Positions 56,046 through 60,820 of a DNA stretch of 60,820 nt are shown here, piece by piece (position 1 is the stretch's first letter; each line of letters opens with the position of its first letter). The notes under the pieces are model-generated. The model made no database searches. It saw only the letters and a program-made list of their open reading frames with translations, and was not told the origin of the DNA. This DNA comes from a virus (taxonomy: Duplodnaviria > Caudoviricetes), in the IMG/VR virus record IMGVR_UViG_3300016667_000092, positions 1 through 60,820 of that record, one strand, 5' to 3'. A program made the translations under genes and the position numbers.

Positions 56046-59000
56046 TTATTCGCCAAACTTACCACCACCAAAGGACTCTCCTTTCTTTTTCTGTCCTCCG
56101 AACTTACCTCCACCAAAAGCTCCACCTTTTTGTTTAGTAGTATATTGATAGAGATCATCCTTGATGTCTCTTACAATATCATCAATCACATTATCAATTA
56201 ACTTGTCTTTGTAACCTTCTGTGTTTAAGAGATTGAACACCCCTTCCTCTCCAAAGGTTGCCTCGTACATTTCAGGGTCATACCTTCTCATGTCAGTCTT
56301 GCTCTCATACCCTTGAAGCAGAAGCTTCTCTAGTTCTTTCTTATTACCAAAAGTCTTTTTGCTTTTCTCTAAATCTTTATACAACTCTTTCAGCATTACG
56401 TTCCTTGCATCCTTGTATAATGGGATATATCCAAGATTGCCGAGAACTTCAAAAGGAATACGAATACCAATTTCTTTTCCTCTTGTCTCTTCAAACTTTT
56501 CCTTCTTTCCTTTTATACCAAGCTGCTGCTTAATAAGCTGCTTCAATGTTTCAGGCTGCTTCTCTTCTTCCTTAGGTGCGCCCTTCTTAAGTATTCCTTT
56601 CTCTAGGATTAAAGTTCCTGTTCTAAGAGCAGGCCCCATAGATCCACCCATCCTAGCTACTAAATCCATAGCTGAAGTATTGGCTGCTGTCTTTGGATCA
56701 ACAGGAATCATAGAGTATTGGATCGCATCCTTGTACGGATCGTACTCTCCGTTCCTTAAGAACTCAAGGAATTCAATATTCATTTTCTCTACTCCATAGT
56801 TCACTACATTCTTAGTGGCATTACCGAAGTCTCTACCGAAAGCAAGTGATGTGAATGTGGATGCTAATCCCTGCCCTATCTTCTGAAGCAAACTCTTCTC
56901 ATCTTCCGGCTCCTCATCATCATTACCCCATACCATCTTAGTTAGTGCGTTAGTAAGCATCGGGGTAAGGACAGAGTATACAGTCATCCTTAAAGTAACA
57001 GCTGCTAACAACTTAACCCCTTCAGCTCTTGATATCATGCCTCTACCCATAGCAGCATAGATACCTGTCCTAGCATTTACATAGTCATTGATCAAGAACC
57101 TACTCATGAAGTTGTTAAAGTTATTGAAAGCTCTAGCCCATGCGCTCTGATTTCTAGTAGCAGTACCCTTAAGGATTCCCATGAAAGGATTATCTGTGCC
57201 ACCCATTTTTATAGAAGCATCATCAGCTTGGTCTCTAGCAAATTGAATGGCTGCAACATTCTCATTCATGTACTGCTCATCGTTGGCAGCTATCTTATCA
57301 AAGTCAGGCTTTGATCCTGTCATCTCTTCAAAAGCTAAAGCGAAAGAACCAAACCAAGTTGGTCTCATTATAGACTTATCGGGAGTAGATATTAAAGTAT
57401 CTGCTGTAAGCTCAACGAAGTTCTTCTGCTTCTTTAATGTATTGTTGTATATCTGCTGAAGCTTACTAGCTAAGAATCCCTTCGCTCTGCTTCCTCTGAT
57501 ACCACTAGTCTGATTCAGGATTGAAGGGTCAATCATTTGTCCACTCAAACTACCCGCAGGGTAAACCCTTGTAGTGGCAGAACTCTTTACGTTCTTCATT
57601 ATGTCAACGCCATCAGGACTAGCAAACACATCAAAGTATTTTATACCCTCACCAAACTGCTTTGAATATGCAGTAAGCGCAGCGGATACGTTACCTGTTA
57701 ACTCCCCTATAAACCTCGGCACACTTGCAAGTACAGCTCGGTATCCCTGTCTAGATATCTCGTCAACAATCTCTTCAGCCAATGTCCCCTCTTTGAAAGA
57801 CGTGATAAGCGTAGTCTCAACAGCTCTTTCTAAAGCTTGGTTAAACGCATTGAAGATTTTATATTGCTCACTAGTAATACCTTTGTCTTCCTCAAGCTTT
57901 TTCTCTACTTGATTTATGGTCTTTCTTACAGTTCTGATCGGAGCAGTAAGATGGTAGTCCATCAACTGACTAGACACAGCCTGATTAACAGACTTAAGAA
58001 TATCAAACTCGATAGCCTTAGCACCGGGGGTTCTTTCCATCAGCGACTTCGCTCTTGTGGATGGGTTCATCCTTGAGTTGAAGTTACTGATCGCGTCAGC
58101 ATCAGCCATCGCCTCAGTAGGAGAAGACTCAATCATTACATCGTGATGGATGTAGTTATTAATTGGAGTAAACTTCTCACCCCTTAGAACACCTGCGATA
58201 TACTCAGCCTTCGATGTCATCTCCGCGTTGATATCTTGGATAGTCTTGATGGCTTTTTTCTCAGCCTCATTGAACGAGTTGTATAACTTATCAGCATCTA
58301 TCTGACCATCGGTACTATAGTTCGTAACAATATCCTGAAGCATCTCGGCATCACGCTCACTGTAGCTAGTCTTCCCTTTTCTTATCTTCTTTATAGTAGC
58401 ATCAAGAAACTCAATAGCAGGATTAACCTTGTTGGATTCAGGGTTACTCAGGTATTCCAACTGAAGAAGGTAAGCTGTCATCTTATACTTAGACATCACA
58501 ACCTTGTCGCCATCGTTTCTAAAAGACTTCTCAACAGCTTTAAAAGCTTTGTCTAATCTTTCCTGCGTACTAATAACAGATGATTTGAAAGTTGCATACG
58601 CATCAGTAATTGGCTTAAAGATAGCGTCGTATACAGCCCTTGTGTTAAAGTCCCCCAACAACTGATCATAATAATACGTAGGGTTTCTTTCAAACATCAG
58701 CGTAATAGCATCCCTCTTCCCCCTTAATATTAAGCTCTTCAACTTAGCATACATCTTTGACAGAGGAAGAAGCTTTGCTTTCTTTATTGATTGAACCACC
58801 CTATCAGATGGTATAGAAGCATCCATCTTCTCAATCATCAACTGAGCGTAGTTAGGAAGGAAGCCATTGTTGATATTGTCAATAACCCTAAGAAGATTCT
58901 TAAGCTCGTTATTTGTTAAAGCATTAAGAGAATCTGTGCTTCTTAAAAGTCTCTTCAATTTATTAGCAGTATCCCTTTCGTCTCTGCTAGGCAAAGTAGT

Positions 59001-60820
59001 AGTGTCAACATCGGCATCTTGAATTAGCTTAATCAATTCCTTCTTCTCATCGGCTAACTCCTGCTCAGTCATAGGTTCTGTAGGGATAGACGGAGAGATG
59101 ATTGACTTATACTTCTTCATCACCTCCACATCAGCTGAGGTAATAACATTATTACTCAGCATATCCTTGATGGTCTCTGCATAATCTACATTGCCATCCT
59201 CATCAACCACCTTGCTTGGGTACTGCTCATAGATATCAGCTAACTCGTAAGCAAGCGACTGCTCCTCCTGTACTGCAGAAAGAATCTTGGAAGCCGTATC
59301 CATAATCTCACCTGACTCTTGCAGGTTCAACACCGACTTGCGCTCACCCATCATTGACACTAGCGAAGCGTATTCGCTGAGCAGATTGTCGGGGATCAGG
59401 GTAGGCTTGATGGCAAACAGCTTTCTAAGTACGGGGATCAGGTTCTTAGATACGCCTAGCTTAGTCTCGATATTCTTCTTGGCATTAGGCAATGCTTTAT
59501 TGATAGTGGCAATTTGCTCTGCATACTCAGCATTAGCAAACACCTTTGACATATAGTCAACGAACCTACCAATCGAAGCATCATCAAACATATTAACCTT
59601 AGCGAATCTTGATACCACAGCAGCAACCTGCTTGGCTGTGATCCTGCCTGTATCTGCTAAGTCTTGTACCGCTGTAGCAAGTTCTTTACTAGCCTGTGTA
59701 AAAGCTTTAGTTGCATCTTTAGCACCACGAGCCAAAGCCTTGATCTGATTCTTCAGAGCCTGCTTCTCAGTCATAGTTACTTTGGTAACATCTTTCAGTC
59801 TGCCAAGTATTCTATTGATTGATGGTGGTTCTTTGTAGGATTCAGCAAGCATACCATTCACCTGTCTGATGATGGCATCCTTCTGAATGTCGTCAGCCTT
59901 CTTATATACATCAGACTTAGATACGAATCTCTTAACGAGATCAATCAACTCTTGACCTGATAGTCTACGCTTAAGGGCATTAGGGATAAGCGTGTTCACT
60001 ACATCGTCAATTAACTTCTCATATCCCGGTAATCCTTCAGGCCCTTGCTCTACACGTTTAGCCGTCTTAGATAAAACGGTAGCTATGTCAGCAGGGTTAG
60101 TAATCTTTTGTTCAGACAAGTTCAACTCCTGTCCTGTTCTTATAACAGAAGCAATTTCATTAAAGAAGTCAATCACATCATTCTTACTAGCAGTCTCGCT
60201 GAAAGGTTTGATTAAGCCATTGGTTAAATCAGATACAAGCTTATTAACGATAGCTGCAATCTTTGTGATGGTGTCAACCTTAATAGACTTCTCTTGATCA
60301 GCCATATTAGCAGCGAGTTCAACCAACCATTCTTCATGGCTAACTTTCTTTTCGTAAAGATTAGCGAATCTATCCAACTGCTTAACGGTAGAATCTTTGA
60401 GTACAGTTGATAGTTGGTTCTTAAACTTCTCAAACAGCGCAGGGTTATCACCAAAAGCTTTAAGCATAATAGCGTGAGATACCTCGTGGTATACCGTAGT
60501 AGCTGTAGCTCTGCTTAAATTGATATCAATCCTTGCAGTATAACTGCCGTCAGCGTTTTTCTTATAGCTAAAGTATCCTCTATCTGTTGGACTATTATTG
60601 ATAGACCTCGCATACGCAGCGAAGTCGTCCTGATTGTCGTAGATATAAATCTCAGAATTAGGGAATAAAGATTTGAATAGCTTAGCTACTGTTCTTATTG
60701 CGTCAATGACTGACTTTTTTCTAGCATCTTCAGCTACAGTAGTCTCTATATCTTTTACCCCTTGCTCATTTGTCAAAGGAGTCCCGTACTCAACCCTAGC
60801 TTTTACACCTTCTGCAGGGG
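56046..60820 (-). CDS. Giant polyvalent/internal virion protein, C-terminal part (with MPTase allele B)
   Basis: Open from window end to stop at 56046; YHEVSHA at 60474-60488; continuous with 1..5639 through the terminal repeat. Confidence 0.88.
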   Translation of the reverse strand, partial: PAEGVKARVEYGTPLTNEQGVKDIETTVAEDARKKSVIDAIRTVAKLFKSLFPNSEIYIYDNQDDFAAYARSINNSPTDRGYFSYKKNADGSYTARIDINLSRATATTVYHEVSHAIMLKAFGDNPALFEKFKNQLSTVLKDSTVKQLDRFANLYEKKVSHEEWLVELAANMADQEKSIKVDTITKIAAIVNKLVSDLTNGLIKPFSETASKNDVIDFFNEIASVIRTGQELNLSEQKITNPADIATVLSKTAKRVEQGPEGLPGYEKLIDDVVNTLIPNALKRRLSGQELIDLVKRFVSKSDVYKKADDIQKDAIIRQVNGMLAESYKEPPSINRILGRLKDVTKVTMTEKQALKNQIKALARGAKDATKAFTQASKELATAVQDLADTGRITAKQVAAVVSRFAKVNMFDDASIGRFVDYMSKVFANAEYAEQIATINKALPNAKKNIETKLGVSKNLIPVLRKLFAIKPTLIPDNLLSEYASLVSMMGERKSVLNLQESGEIMDTASKILSAVQEEQSLAYELADIYEQYPSKVVDEDGNVDYAETIKDMLSNNVITSADVEVMKKYKSIISPSIPTEPMTEQELADEKKELIKLIQDADVDTTTLPSRDERDTANKLKRLLRSTDSLNALTNNELKNLLRVIDNINNGFLPNYAQLMIEKMDASIPSDRVVQSIKKAKLLPLSKMYAKLKSLILRGKRDAITLMFERNPTYYYDQLLGDFNTRAVYDAIFKPITDAYATFKSSVISTQERLDKAFKAVEKSFRNDGDKVVMSKYKMTAYLLQLEYLSNPESNKVNPAIEFLDATIKKIRKGKTSYSERDAEMLQDIVTNYSTDGQIDADKLYNSFNEAEKKAIKTIQDINAEMTSKAEYIAGVLRGEKFTPINNYIHHDVMIESSPTEAMADADAISNFNSRMNPSTRAKSLMERTPGAKAIEFDILKSVNQAVSSQLMDYHLTAPIRTVRKTINQVEKKLEEDKGITSEQYKIFNAFNQALERAVETTLITSFKEGTLAEEIVDEISRQGYRAVLASVPRFIGELTGNVSAALTAYSKQFGEGIKYFDVFASPDGVDIMKNVKSSATTRVYPAGSLSGQMIDPSILNQTSGIRGSRAKGFLASKLQQIYNNTLKKQKNFVELTADTLISTPDKSIMRPTWFGSFALAFEEMTGSKPDFDKIAANDEQYMNENVAAIQFARDQADDASIKMGGTDNPFMGILKGTATRNQSAWARAFNNFNNFMSRFLINDYVNARTGIYAAMGRGMISRAEGVKLLAAVTLRMTVYSVLTPMLTNALTKMVWGNDDEEPEDEKSLLQKIGQGLASTFTSLAFGRDFGNATKNVVNYGVEKMNIEFLEFLRNGEYDPYKDAIQYSMIPVDPKTAANTSAMDLVARMGGSMGPALRTGTLILEKGILKKGAPKEEEKQPETLKQLIKQQLGIKGKKEKFEETRGKEIGIRIPFEVLGNLGYIPLYKDARNVMLKELYKDLEKSKKTFGNKKELEKLLLQGYESKTDMRRYDPEMYEATFGEEGVFNLLNTEGYKDKLIDNVIDDIVRDIKDDLYQYTTKQKGGAFGGGKFGGQKKKGESFGGGKFGE
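59701..60820. repeat. Terminal direct repeat, copy B
   Basis: See 1-1105. Confidence 0.95.

Noticed and set aside
60224-60454. Third nested ORF in the giant gene
   Set aside because: Overlaps a folded domain, has no A-rich ATG start, and its composition is typical of an off-frame read
56046-60820. Giant protein as a crAss/N4-like virion RNA polymerase
   Set aside because: No DxDxD-type catalytic motif noticed in the parts read, and promoters match the host sigma-70 consensus; a profile search is needed to exclude it fully
59701-60820. Biological direct terminal repeat
   Set aside because: Falls mid-gene and the copies differ internally; more consistent with assembly circularity through a strain bubble

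Overview
Essentially a complete (~59.7 kb, circularly permuted) tailed-phage genome of podovirus-like architecture. TAnnTTTG sigma-70 promoters and A-rich translation starts without Shine-Dalgarno sequences point to a Bacteroidota host. The minus-strand late arm (~39.6 kb down to 1, wrapping to 56 kb) encodes GroEL/GroES, small basic proteins, tail fibres, lysis genes, terminase, portal, scaffold, major capsid, tail ring/nozzle, ejection-type proteins and a ~3,100-aa giant 'polyvalent' protein split across the window ends. The plus-strand early/middle arm (40.1-56.0 kb) encodes an amidoligase, a GATase-GGCT fusion, a Sak-type annealing protein with exonuclease, an SSB-like protein, a primase-helicase, an SF2 helicase and nucleases. 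I recognised no DNA polymerase, integrase or full tRNA. Notable features read directly from the DNA: (i) a 16-bp palindrome GTCTCTT-TG-AAGAGAC in 10 dispersed copies, in both genes and intergenic hairpins; (ii) RNA devices in the early operon (type III hammerhead ribozyme, tRNA-like minihelix, long hairpin), the first two directly after the palindrome; (iii) two small genes overprinted in the +1 frame of the giant gene; (iv) a parS-like palindrome in the groEL promoter; (v) two origin-like elements with exactly conserved motif spacing; (vi) an array of unrelated short palindromes; (vii) window ends that carry two different alleles of the giant protein's metallopeptidase domain. Protein calls rest on motif recognition and synteny; no database searches were run.
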